Assembly (NCBI GenBank): GCA_039589355.1
Contig: JBDHHM010000014.1
Location: 1-34,610 of the forward strand
Direction of reading: 5' to 3'
DNA: 34,610 nucleotides
Source: Gemmatimonadota bacterium
GTDB lineage: Bacteria; Gemmatimonadota; Gemmatimonadetes; Palauibacterales; KS3-K002
The position numbers and the translations under genes are program-made. Of this stretch, positions 15,831 through 24,900 are shown in pieces (the first letter of the stretch is position 1; each line of letters begins with the position of its first letter). The notes below the pieces were generated by a model, which was given only the letters and a program-made list of their open reading frames with translations, was not told where the DNA came from and did no database searches.

Positions 15831-17080
15831 AGAGACCCGAGGCCGAGGTCCTGATCGTTGGGGCCGGTCCTGCGGGCGCGGCTCTGGGACTCGAGCTGGC
15901 GCGGCGCGGCCGCGAAGTGCTCATCACGGAAGCTGCGCGGTTCCCCCGGGACAAACCGTGCGGCGACTGTGTAAACCCGGGCGCAGTAGCCGAGTTGGAG
16001 CGCCTCGCCGTTCGCGAGCGATTGCAGGCGAAGCTGGCGCCGAGGCGACTAAGGGGCTGGAGCGTCGAGGCGCCGGACGGTAGCGCCTTCCGGGCGTGCT
16101 TCGGGTCCGACCACGACGGCCGCGCACCGGAAGGTTGGGCGGTGCGTCGTCGCGATTTCGATGCGGCTCTCCTCGAAGAAGCACAGTGCGCCGGTGTCGG
16201 TGTGCGCTTCGGCGTGCGGGTCTACGACCTCATGCGGGCAGGTGGCCGGATCGCCGGCGTCGCGGCGCGCCAGGGAGCCGACCGAAGTGAGATCCGGGCG
16301 AGGTTCGTGGTGGGAGCCGACGGCCTCCGTTCCGTGGTGCAGCGCCGCCTGCGCTTGAAGCGCCGGCCTGCGAGACTGCGGAAGATCGCCCTGGTCGGGC
16401 ATCTCGCCGGCCCGGATGGCGAGGACGACTTCGGCGAGCTGAGGGTGCGCGGTGGCCGGACCTGCGGGTATGCGCCACTGCCTCACGGGGGCAACGTCAC
16501 CCTGGTCATACCTGAGGACGAAGCGGCCGAAGCCGGCGGCTCGCCGCGCGACTTCTTCTCGGGTGCTCTCTCGCAGTTCCCCGAAGTGCAGGCCCGCGTC
16601 CGCGCCTCCGGCCTGGAGAAAGCAGTACTGGTGACGGGCCCGTTCGACCGGCCGGTGCGCCGGGCCTGGTCGCCGGGCGCTCTCCTTGTCGGCGACGCGG
16701 CAGGCTACTACGACCCGTTTACGGGCCAGGGTATCTATCAGGCGCTCCGTAGCGCACGACTGGCCGCCGAAGCGATCGATGCCGCTCTTACGGATCCCGA
16801 GAGGGAGACTCACGCGTTGGCGCGGTACGGGCGGCGCATGCGACTCGAGTTCGAGCCGAAGCGTGGCCTGCAGCGCGTAATCGAGGCCGCCGTCAGCCGG
16901 CCCGCCGTCATGTCGCGCCTAATGGTCACGCTGTCGCAGCGCGAGGGCGTCGCAGCCGGTCGTCTGCTCAGGGCGACTGGCGACCTGGTCCACCCGGCTA
17001 CGTTGCTCGACCCTGCGCTCTGGGTACCGCTACTTTCGAGACTGGCATACGGCGAATGGACACACATAACGAGATCGTGA
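15827..17080 (+). CDS. FAD-dependent oxidoreductase, geranylgeranyl-reductase-like family
   Basis: GTG 15827 overlaps the methyltransferase stop codon (GTGA). Motifs VLIVGAGPAGAALGLELARRG (GxGxxG) and DKPCGDCVNPG. Confidence 0.8.
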   Translation: MKRPEAEVLIVGAGPAGAALGLELARRGREVLITEAARFPRDKPCGDCVNPGAVAELERLAVRERLQAKLAPRRLRGWSVEAPDGSAFRACFGSDHDGRAPEGWAVRRRDFDAALLEEAQCAGVGVRFGVRVYDLMRAGGRIAGVAARQGADRSEIRARFVVGADGLRSVVQRRLRLKRRPARLRKIALVGHLAGPDGEDDFGELRVRGGRTCGYAPLPHGGNVTLVIPEDEAAEAGGSPRDFFSGALSQFPEVQARVRASGLEKAVLVTGPFDRPVRRAWSPGALLVGDAAGYYDPFTGQGIYQALRSARLAAEAIDAALTDPERETHALARYGRRMRLEFEPKRGLQRVIEAAVSRPAVMSRLMVTLSQREGVAAGRLLRATGDLVHPATLLDPALWVPLLSRLAYGEWTHITRS

Positions 17081-17517
17081 TGAATGCGTCGCAGGCGCGC
17101 TGCTTCCAGGTGGCGGCCGACGTCGAACGCTGGCCCGAGATTCTCCCCCACTACCGGCGGGTGCGTTTCCGTCGTCGCGACGATTTCGGCGTGGGACTGG
17201 TAGAGATGGCGGCGCGCCGCATGTTCGGCCCGATCGGCTATCCGGTGTGGTGGGTGAGCGAGATGTCGGCCGATGAATCGGTTCCAATTGTTCGCTACAA
17301 ACACGTCGAGGGGATCACGAAGGGGATGGACGTCGAGTGGCGCTTTCACTCCGAGGGCGACACGACGCGGGTGGAGATCGTGCACGACTGGCCCGACGGG
17401 CCGGGCTGGCCGCTGATCGGCCGATTCGCCGCGAACGGCGTTATCGGCCCTGTCTTCATCCACCACGTGGCCGGGATGACTCTGGAAGGGGTAAAAGGAG
17501 CAGCGGAGGAACAGTGA
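17056..17517 (+). CDS. SRPBCC (START / polyketide-cyclase-like) family protein
   Basis: Product of about 150 aa with VERWPEILPHY, typical of the family. Alternative starts GTG 17077 and ATG 17080 overlap the upstream stop codon at 17078-17080. Confidence 0.7.
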   Translation: MDTHNEIVMNASQARCFQVAADVERWPEILPHYRRVRFRRRDDFGVGLVEMAARRMFGPIGYPVWWVSEMSADESVPIVRYKHVEGITKGMDVEWRFHSEGDTTRVEIVHDWPDGPGWPLIGRFAANGVIGPVFIHHVAGMTLEGVKGAAEEQ

Positions 17518-18782
17518 TCATATCGAGAAAGGACACCGGCAATGGGCGGCGCCGTGTCGCTGTGACGGGGATCGGGTGCATCACGCCCACGGGGGTTGGA
17601 GCGGACGGCCTCTGGGCCGGCCTGCGTCGCGGCGCTTCTGCGGTGCGCCGCATCACACGCTTCGATCCTGAACCGTTCCGCAGTCACATGGCGGCGGAGG
17701 TCGATGGATTCGACCCGGCAGATCACATGGGGGCGAAGCGGGCGAAGCGGCTCGACCGTTTCGGCCAGTTCAGTGTTGCGGCGGCGCGTATGGCATTGGA
17801 CGATGCGGAGCTCGACCCGGCGAACCTGGCGCGCGATCGTGTAGCGGTTCAGATGGGCTCGGCGCTCGGCGGGGTAGCGTACGCCGAGGAGCAGCACCAG
17901 GCGTACGTATCGGAGGGCCCTACGGGGGTCAACCCGCTTCTCGCACTCGCCGTGTTCGCGGGGGCCGCGAGCTGCAACGTAGCCATCGAGTTCGGCTTCA
18001 CCGGCCCGAACTCGACCAACGGCATGAGCTGCGCCTCGGGCGCCATCGGCATCGGCCACGGATTTCGCTTGATTCGTGACGGCGAAGCGGACGTGGCGCT
18101 GGCCGGCGGTGCCGAGTGCCCGCTATCGCCGCTGTCTTATGGCGCATTCGCGCTCATCCGCGCCATGTCGAAGCGCAACGACGACCCGGCCACGGCCAGC
18201 CGGCCCTTCGACCGGGAGCGTGATGGATTCGTCATGGGCGAAGGGGCTGCGCTGCTCGTCTTGGAGGAGTGGGGCCACGCGGTGAAGCGCGGTGCCCGCA
18301 TCTACGCCGAGCTGTGCGGCTTCGGTACCACCAACGACGGCTATCACATGACGGCGCCGCGGCCGGACGGCGCTCAAGCCGCTCGCGCCGTCGAGCTCGC
18401 TCTGGCGGACGCCGCCTCGGTGGCGGATGAGGTCGAGTATGTGAACGCGCACGCGTCATCGACCCGGCTCAACGATCCGGTCGAGACGAAGGCGATCAAG
18501 TCGGTGCTGGGTGAGCGGGCGTACACGGTGCCGGTGAGCGGCACGAAGGGATACTACGGTCACCCGTTGGGTGCGTCGGGTGCCATCGAGGCGGCGATCT
18601 CGGTTCTCGCCATCGAGCGGGGCTGGCTACCGCCCACGCTCAACCTTCGGGACCCCGATCCCGAGTGCGATCTCGACTACGTGGCCGGCGCCGGTCGCGA
18701 TGCCGACGTCGGCTTTGTCGTATCCAACTCGTTCGGGTTCGGCGGCGTCAACGCCGCCCTTGTTTTCCGTTCTACCGGGTAA
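17514..18782 (+). CDS. Beta-ketoacyl-ACP synthase II-like condensing enzyme
   Basis: GTG 17514 overlaps the SRPBCC stop codon (GTGA). Motifs RVAVTGIGCITP, active-site NGMSCASGA, GYHMTAP, NAHASST, GHPLGASG and SNSFGFGGVNAALVF. Confidence 0.85.
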   Translation: MIISRKDTGNGRRRVAVTGIGCITPTGVGADGLWAGLRRGASAVRRITRFDPEPFRSHMAAEVDGFDPADHMGAKRAKRLDRFGQFSVAAARMALDDAELDPANLARDRVAVQMGSALGGVAYAEEQHQAYVSEGPTGVNPLLALAVFAGAASCNVAIEFGFTGPNSTNGMSCASGAIGIGHGFRLIRDGEADVALAGGAECPLSPLSYGAFALIRAMSKRNDDPATASRPFDRERDGFVMGEGAALLVLEEWGHAVKRGARIYAELCGFGTTNDGYHMTAPRPDGAQAARAVELALADAASVADEVEYVNAHASSTRLNDPVETKAIKSVLGERAYTVPVSGTKGYYGHPLGASGAIEAAISVLAIERGWLPPTLNLRDPDPECDLDYVAGAGRDADVGFVVSNSFGFGGVNAALVFRSTG

Positions 18783-18800
18783 GCTGGAACGGACGTGCCA

Positions 18801-19133
18801 CTACGCGCTGGCAACCTTGGCGATGATCTGGAACCATGCGAACACGAAGAGAACGTTCGAGACCACCACCATCAGGAATGCGTCGGGGAAGAACGATGCA
18901 TCCATCACCTTGCAGATGAGTACGTAGAGCACGATCGTGCTGGCCAGCATACCTACGATCGGTCCAGCGAAGAACCCGGCCACACCGGCGGCGACGAACG
19001 ATCCGGTCGCTGCAATTAGCACGCCGAATATGTTGCCACCGACGCGGGTGATCTTCATGGCGATCCAGAGGCACGGAATGTAGATGACGAACGAGATTCC
19101 GGCGATCACCAATCCGATTTGTGTCTCCTCCAT
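18801..19133 (-). CDS. Hypothetical small membrane protein (3 TM segments)
   Basis: ATG 19133 has AAGGAG 8 nt upstream. The upstream part of the longer ORF is Arg-rich and unlikely to be coding. Confidence 0.6.
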   Translation of the reverse strand: MEETQIGLVIAGISFVIYIPCLWIAMKITRVGGNIFGVLIAATGSFVAAGVAGFFAGPIVGMLASTIVLYVLICKVMDASFFPDAFLMVVVSNVLFVFAWFQIIAKVASA

Positions 19134-19421
19134 CGCTCTTCTCCTTAACTCGTCTTGACGAGCCGCTGCCCGGGGCTGCCCGTTCGGCCGGGCCACGTAC
19201 CCGTTGCTGTGCTGCCGGTTACTGTGATTGGACTGGGCTGCGACTGGGACAGGGGACGACCGAGTCGATGAGAGGGCGGGGAAGCGGGTCGCCGCCGTGG
19301 TTGGGCCTGTAACTCTTTAGGACCCAACGGCTTGTAGTCTACGCCGGATAGTTCTCGGGCGGGGGGTCCGGCCTGTAGTTACCCGCCAGTCGGCCGGGAG
19401 GTCCGGCGGCTAGCTCGTGGC

Positions 19422-19449
19422 TTGACTGCGACGTGGGAGGTCGTAGCTT
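19422..19449 (+). promoter_or_regulatory. Candidate sigma-70 promoter for the yitJ leader
   Basis: TTGACT (19422-19427), 16-nt spacer, TAGCTT (19444-19449). Confidence 0.3.
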
Positions 19450-19454
19450 TGTAG

Positions 19455-19515
19455 CCTTGGTGGATTGATTTGTGGCTGCTTGCAACCACCGAAAAAAAAG
19501 TGCTAAAGAGCCGGG
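19455..19515 (+). promoter_or_regulatory. Candidate SAM-class riboswitch aptamer (hairpin plus A-rich 3' tail, pseudoknot-capable)
   Basis: GGTGG (19459-19463) pairs with CCACC (19486-19490), enclosing the U-rich loop ATTGATTTGTGGCTGCTTGCAA. The tail is GAAAAAAAAGTGCTAAAGAGCC, and its AGCC can pair with the loop GGCT. The element sits in the leader of a methionine-cycle gene. Confidence 0.35.
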
Positions 19516-19567
19516 CGCTGCGGACCTTTACGATAGCCGCGGCGACTTCCAGAGCTGAGAAGTTCCA

Positions 19568-19605
19568 CGCGACCCGTGCTCACCCTCGAGGTCGCGTTTC
19601 TTATT
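19568..19605 (+). terminator. Leader attenuator/terminator hairpin upstream of yitJ
   Basis: CGCGACC (19568-19574) pairs with GGTCGCG (19590-19596), followed by TTTCTTATT. It lies 33 nt upstream of the start codon. Confidence 0.45.
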
Positions 19606-19637
19606 CGGGCGGCCACCTCGCGTGAAGAGATATTTTC

Positions 19638-21509
19638 ATGCCGGACTTCAGAGCCCTGATCGAGAACGGCAGCGCCCATCTGTTCGATGGCGCCATCGGC
19701 ACCGAGCTATACCAGCGCGGCGTCTTCATCAACGTCTCTTACGACGAAATCAACCTGAAGAGCCCCGAGCTCGTGCGTGAAGTGCACCGCGCCTACCGCG
19801 AGGCGGGTGCCGAGATCCTCGAGACGAATACGTTCGGCGCCAACCGCGTGCGGCTCGACAGGTTCAGTCTCGGCGACCGGGTCGACGACATAAACAGGGC
19901 CGGCGCCGAGTTGGCGCGTGAAATCGCCGCGGACGACCGCTACGTAGCCGGCTCCATCGGGCCGCTGGGCATCCGTATAGAGCCGTACGGGCCTACGGCG
20001 CGTGACGAGGCCCGCGCCTTCTTCCGCGAGCAGGCGCAGGCACTGGCCGCCGGCGGTGCCGACGTCTTCATCATCGAGACGTTCGGCGACCTCTCGGAGA
20101 TCGAGCAGGCGATACTCGGGTGCCGCGACGCCGCTGATCTGCCGATCATCGCCCAGATGGCCGTGAATCCAGACGGGAATACCGCGTACGGCTATGACCC
20201 GGCGCGGATCGCCCACCACCTGGACGAGGCGGGCGCCGACGTTATCGGCCTCAACTGCAGCGTGGGACCGGCGCTCATCCACAAGGCGATCCAGAAGATG
20301 GCGGAGGTAACGAATCGGCCGCTCTCGGCGATGCCGAACGCGGGCCTGCCACGGGAGATCGAGGGCCGCAAGATCTACATGGCGTCGCCCGATTACTTTG
20401 CAAAGTACACGCGCCGACTGATCCAGGCCGGCGCACGCTTCGTCGGCGGTTGTTGTGGAACGACACCGGAGCACATACGCGCCATGGCGGCTCAGGTACG
20501 CGCGCTGCGCCCGGGCCGCCACACGATGGTCGTGGATGCGGTCCGCGACGTGGAACGACGTGAGGCGCATCCCGGGGTCGAGCCCGTCCCCGCAGCCGAG
20601 CGCTCGCAGCTCGGGCGCAAGATCTCAGCCGGCGAGCTGGTTACGAGCGTTGAGATCCTGCCGGCGAAGGGGTGCGATCCGGCCGACGTCCTCGAGAAAG
20701 TGCATGCGCTGAAGGCGGCCGGCGTCGATGCGGTTAACGTGCCCGATGGTCCCCGTGCGATGATGCGGATGGGCGTTCTCGCCAGTTGCGCGATCATCGA
20801 GCGGGAGGTCGGGCTCGAGACGATCCCCCACTACTGCTGTCGCGATAGAAACCTGCTGGGGATGATGAGCGATCTACTGGGCGCCCACGCCCTGGGGCTA
20901 CGCAACCTGCTCATAATCACGGGTGATCCACCGAAGCACGGGCCGTACCCCGACTCTACGGCGGTCTTCGACATCGACTCAGTCGGGCTCACCAACCTGG
21001 TGCGCAAGCTCAACGAGGGACTCGATCTCAGCGATAACTCCCTCGGGTCCGCCACCAGCTTCTTTCACGGGGTGGGCGTGAACCACGCGTCGGTCGATCC
21101 CGACTACGAGATCCATCACTTCGAGTGGAAGGTGGATGCGGGCGCGCAGTTCGCAGTGACGCAACCGATCTTCGACGTCCAGACCTTCCTGGAGTTTCTT
21201 GAGAATATCGACAACGTGCGCATTCCCGTCGTGGCCGCCGTCTGGCCGCTGGTCTCCTACCGCAACGCCGAGTTCATGGCCAACGAGGTGCCCGGCGTGG
21301 TCGTGCCCGACTCGATCCTCGAGCGGATGCAGCGCGCCTCCGAGCGCGGGAAGGACGCGGCGATGGAAGAAGGGCTGGCCATAGCACGCGAGATGGTGGA
21401 AGCGCTCGAGCCCCACGTACAGGGCATACAGGTGAGCGCGCCGTTCGGCAAGGTCGGTTTCGCGCTGCAGGTGTTCGAAGCGCTGGATGGTTGGGAGAAC
21501 CGGGCGTAG
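19638..21509 (+). CDS. yitJ: Bifunctional homocysteine S-methyltransferase / 5,10-methylenetetrahydrofolate reductase
   Basis: The N-terminal Hcy-binding domain has GAIGTELYQRG, ILETNTFGAN, LNCSVGP and GGCCGTTPEHI zinc ligands. The C-terminal half is MTHFR-like (VEILPAKG..., ITGDPPK...). The architecture matches Bacillus YitJ. Confidence 0.9.
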   Translation: MPDFRALIENGSAHLFDGAIGTELYQRGVFINVSYDEINLKSPELVREVHRAYREAGAEILETNTFGANRVRLDRFSLGDRVDDINRAGAELAREIAADDRYVAGSIGPLGIRIEPYGPTARDEARAFFREQAQALAAGGADVFIIETFGDLSEIEQAILGCRDAADLPIIAQMAVNPDGNTAYGYDPARIAHHLDEAGADVIGLNCSVGPALIHKAIQKMAEVTNRPLSAMPNAGLPREIEGRKIYMASPDYFAKYTRRLIQAGARFVGGCCGTTPEHIRAMAAQVRALRPGRHTMVVDAVRDVERREAHPGVEPVPAAERSQLGRKISAGELVTSVEILPAKGCDPADVLEKVHALKAAGVDAVNVPDGPRAMMRMGVLASCAIIEREVGLETIPHYCCRDRNLLGMMSDLLGAHALGLRNLLIITGDPPKHGPYPDSTAVFDIDSVGLTNLVRKLNEGLDLSDNSLGSATSFFHGVGVNHASVDPDYEIHHFEWKVDAGAQFAVTQPIFDVQTFLEFLENIDNVRIPVVAAVWPLVSYRNAEFMANEVPGVVVPDSILERMQRASERGKDAAMEEGLAIAREMVEALEPHVQGIQVSAPFGKVGFALQVFEALDGWENRA

Positions 21510-21510
21510 G

Positions 21511-21588
21511 CCGGGGGTCGGAGCCGGGGGACCGTTCGCTCCGGTCGACCCGGGGGTCGGAGCCGGGGGACCGCTCGCTCCGGCCGAC
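21511..21588. repeat. Two tandem 39-bp units
   Basis: CCGGGGGTCGGAGCCGGGGGACCGTTCGCTCCGGTCGAC (21511-21549) versus CCGGGGGTCGGAGCCGGGGGACCGCTCGCTCCGGCCGAC (21550-21588), with 2 differences. The core GGAGCCGGGGGACCG is the reverse complement of the CGGTCCCCCGGCTCC block inside the large repeat. Confidence 0.85.
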
Positions 21589-21656
21589 CCGGCAGTCGAG
21601 GTCGGTGGTTGCTGCGAGTACGTCGGGTAGCTCACCCGCGGACTTGGCCCATAAAT

Positions 21657-21921
21657 CGGAGCCGGGTCGCTAAAACCAGCTCCGCGAGTCGGTCCCCCGG
21701 CTCCTCGCGGTCAGGACAGAACGGCGACTAGGGCATCCCCGGCTGCACGCGACTAAGGCGACAGTGGCCAAGCAGCGGCTGACAATCACCCAACGGTTGC
21801 GGGCGTCGGGGTGTTTCGTCGAGCGGAGCTGGTGTTAGCGAGCCCGCGCTCACGGGTGACGTGAGCGCGGGGGAGGCCGGAGCGAGACGACCACCCCGAC
21901 GCCCAACCCCGGATGCCGGGC
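21657..21921 (-). repeat. Structured intergenic repeat, copy C (about 265 bp)
   Basis: Carries the same identical blocks as copies A and B. It ends at the base before the stop codon of the 1141-aa gene. Confidence 0.9.
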
Positions 21922-24900
21922 TTAACGGCAGCCGACGAAACGCACGCCGCTCTGGCGGTCGCCGATGACCTCGGCCAGACTCGCCAGCACGTAGTCGATA
22001 TCCTCGTCGGTATTGCCGACGCCGAGGGACATCCGGATGGCGCAGTGTGCGTCCTCGTCGCTCAGTCCCATCGCCACCAGTACGTGGGACGGTTCGGGGT
22101 TGCCCGATTTGCAGGCGGAGCCGGACGAGAAGAAGACGCCGTGCCGGTCGAGGAACAGCGCGAGCGACTCGCCGCGCATCTCGGGCAGCGTCATGTTGAG
22201 CGTGTTGGGGAGCCGCTGCGTCGCATGTCCGTTGAGCTTCGCCGCCGGGACGATCTGCCTGATTCCCGCCTCCAGTCTGTCGCGCAGCTCTCGCACCCGC
22301 TCCGGCTCCCTGTGGTTCAAGCGGCGCGTGCCGAGCTCGCAGGCCTTACCGAAGCCCACAATGCCCGGGACGTTCTCGGTGCCGGCGCGCAGCTTCCGCT
22401 CCTGACCGCCGCCGTGGATGACCGGCGACAGCTCGACGCCCTGGCGCACGTAAAGGGCGCCTACCCCTTTGGGCCCGTGGATCTTGTGGCTGGAGACAGA
22501 GAGCAGATCGACGCCCAGCTCCGCAACATCGATGGGTAACTTGCCGAGTCCCTGCACCGCATCGGTGTGAAACAGCGCACCGTTCTGGCGAGCGACATGA
22601 GCCAGTTCAGCGATCGGATTGATCGTGCCCACCTCGCTGTTCGCCATCATCAAGCTGACGAGGATCGTCTGTGGGGTGATGGCGCCGGCGAGTGCCTGGG
22701 GGTGCACCATTCCGTCGGAGTCGACGTCCAGGCAAGTGATCTCGAACCCGAACTCCTTGAGCGACTCGCAGGTCTGGAGGACGGCCGGATGCTCGACCGT
22801 CGACGTGATGATGTGGTTCCCCGCGTCGCGCTTCGCGAACGCCACGCCCTTGATCGCCAGGTTGTCCGACTCGGAGCCGCCGCCTGTGAACACGATGCGG
22901 CGCGCCGTGCAGTTCAGAGCCTGGGCCACCTTCCTGCGCGCCGCCTCCACCGCATCACGCGCCTCGACCCCGCGGCTGTGGATGCTGGACGGGTTGCCGT
23001 ACTCTTCTTCCAAGAACGGTAGGATCGTTTCGAGTACCTCGGGGTCCACCGGCGTCGTGGCATTGTGATCCAGGTAGACCCGTCTCCGCGGCTTCTGCGG
23101 CCTAGCGATCTCGACCACCGCCTCGCTCTCGTCTTCGGCGACACGCCCGGAGCCGTTCGAGCCCTCCGCCCTGACCACTTCGCAGAGCAGCGCCTTGTAG
23201 ACGGGGAAGCCCGAGATCGGGTCGTAGCGACTGAGGTCCGTGAGATCGTTGACGTTGCACTCCTGCCATTCCTTCGAGCCCAGTGGGCCGCCCCCTCCCA
23301 TGTTGGCGTCGATGGCGCCCTCGACGATGTCGGCGGTGACCCGCGCCTGGAAGCGCACTCTGCCGCGCGGAGTCGCCACCCAGACCCAGTCGCCGCTCTC
23401 GATGCCGCGCTCCGCCGCATCTCGTGTGTTCATAGTCACTTGCGGGACCGGCGCCTTGCGGCTCAGGCCCTGAACTCCGTGATGCTGTGTTCGGAAGTCG
23501 GCGAAGATGCGCGCACCCGAGTTGAAAACGAGAGGGTGACTCTCCGCCAGCGCCGGCTGCACCAACGGCCCTTCGCCCGGCTCGGTGTAGACGGGGAGCG
23601 CGTCGTAGCCGTGCTCCTCGAGAATGCTGGAGGCGATCTCGAACTTGCCTGATGGCGTGGCGAAACCGGGCTCGCCGTCCTCGCGCAACATCCCCTTCTC
23701 CCACTTCTTGTACTGCATCATCGCTGTGGGGATCTGCACCTCGCCGCCTGCCTCGCGCACATCCTCCAACGTGAAGCCCGAGCCTTCGAGAACGTGGCGC
23801 AGCAGGTCTTCCTCGGTGCGCGGATAGGAATCGCCGTATCCCAGGCGGTCCGCCAGCTCCGTGAGGATGAGGTAATCGTTCCGCGCCTCCCCTACGGGCT
23901 CGGTCAGCTTCTCGCGGATCTTGAAGATCGGGCCGTAGGTCATGTACGAGGTGATCTCGTACATGGTGGTGGCCGGCAGAACGATATCGGCGTAGGCGGA
24001 GTCGGCCGTATGGTGGCGGTTGATGGTGACGAGGAAGTCGAGGGCGCTTAGTGTGTCGCGCCAGACCTGCGACTCCGGCCAGGCGGTGATGATAGAGCCG
24101 CCCAGGACGATGAGTCCGCGGATCTTGTACGGTTCGCCTTTCAGCACCGAGTCGGGAAGCGCGATCGCGTGTGACTCGCCCCGGTACATACTATAGACGG
24201 GAAAACGATCGCGGCCCAGAGCCTTCTTCACGTTCGGATTCGGGATCAGCCCGGCGCGGTTGATCGGGAACTGGTTCTCCCGCATGCGAATGGCGAGGCC
24301 GCCGGGGACATCGAGCTGGCCGGCCAGGGCCCAGAGCGTGAAGACCGCGCGGATCGCCTGCACGCCGCTGTCGGAATACTCGAGCCCCGTGTACATGATG
24401 GGGCAGGCGCCGCGGGCCCGGGCGATGCGGCGAGCCAGTTCGACGACCTTTGCCGCCGGTACTCCGGTGATTTCCTCCACCACCTCCGGTCGATAGTGCT
24501 GCACGTACTGGGCTAACTCATCGAAGCCTACGGTCCAGTGCTTGACGAACTCCTCGTCGTGGAGCTCTTCCTCGATCAAGAGGTTGATCATGCCGAGCGC
24601 TAACGCGCCGTCGGTGCCGGGGCGAATAGGGATCCACTCGGCGTCGACCTCGCGGGCCGTATGGTTGCGTTGCGGGTCGATGCAGACCACTTCGGCGCCA
24701 CGGAGTACGGCCCGCTTAATCTGCTCGTGGGCCAGCGGCGGCGAGTCGGTCGCCGGGTTGGCGCCCCAGATCACGATGAGCTCTGCGTTCTCGATGTCGT
24801 GATCCATCGTGTGGTAGTACTCGCCGAATGTGACGTGCGGCGCGATCATCGCGAACGACACGTAACAGAGCGCACCCACACCCAGTGTGTTGGGCGAGCC

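Noticed and set aside
19511-19545. Resemblance of GGGCGCTGCGGACC to the SAH-riboswitch core (GAGGAGCGCUGCGAC)
   Set aside because: The downstream AGGCUC and AACGGCGCUC pseudoknot partners of the SAH motif are absent. The segment simply forms a local CGCTGCGG/CCGCGGCG hairpin.
21843-21871. CRISPR-repeat-like hairpin (CCCGCGCTCACG GGTGA CGTGAGCGCGGG) and GTCGC...AAAC-like ends in the repeats
   Set aside because: Copies are about 7-10 kb apart. They are embedded in ~270-bp units rather than a short repeat/spacer array, and no cas genes are present. This is not a CRISPR array.
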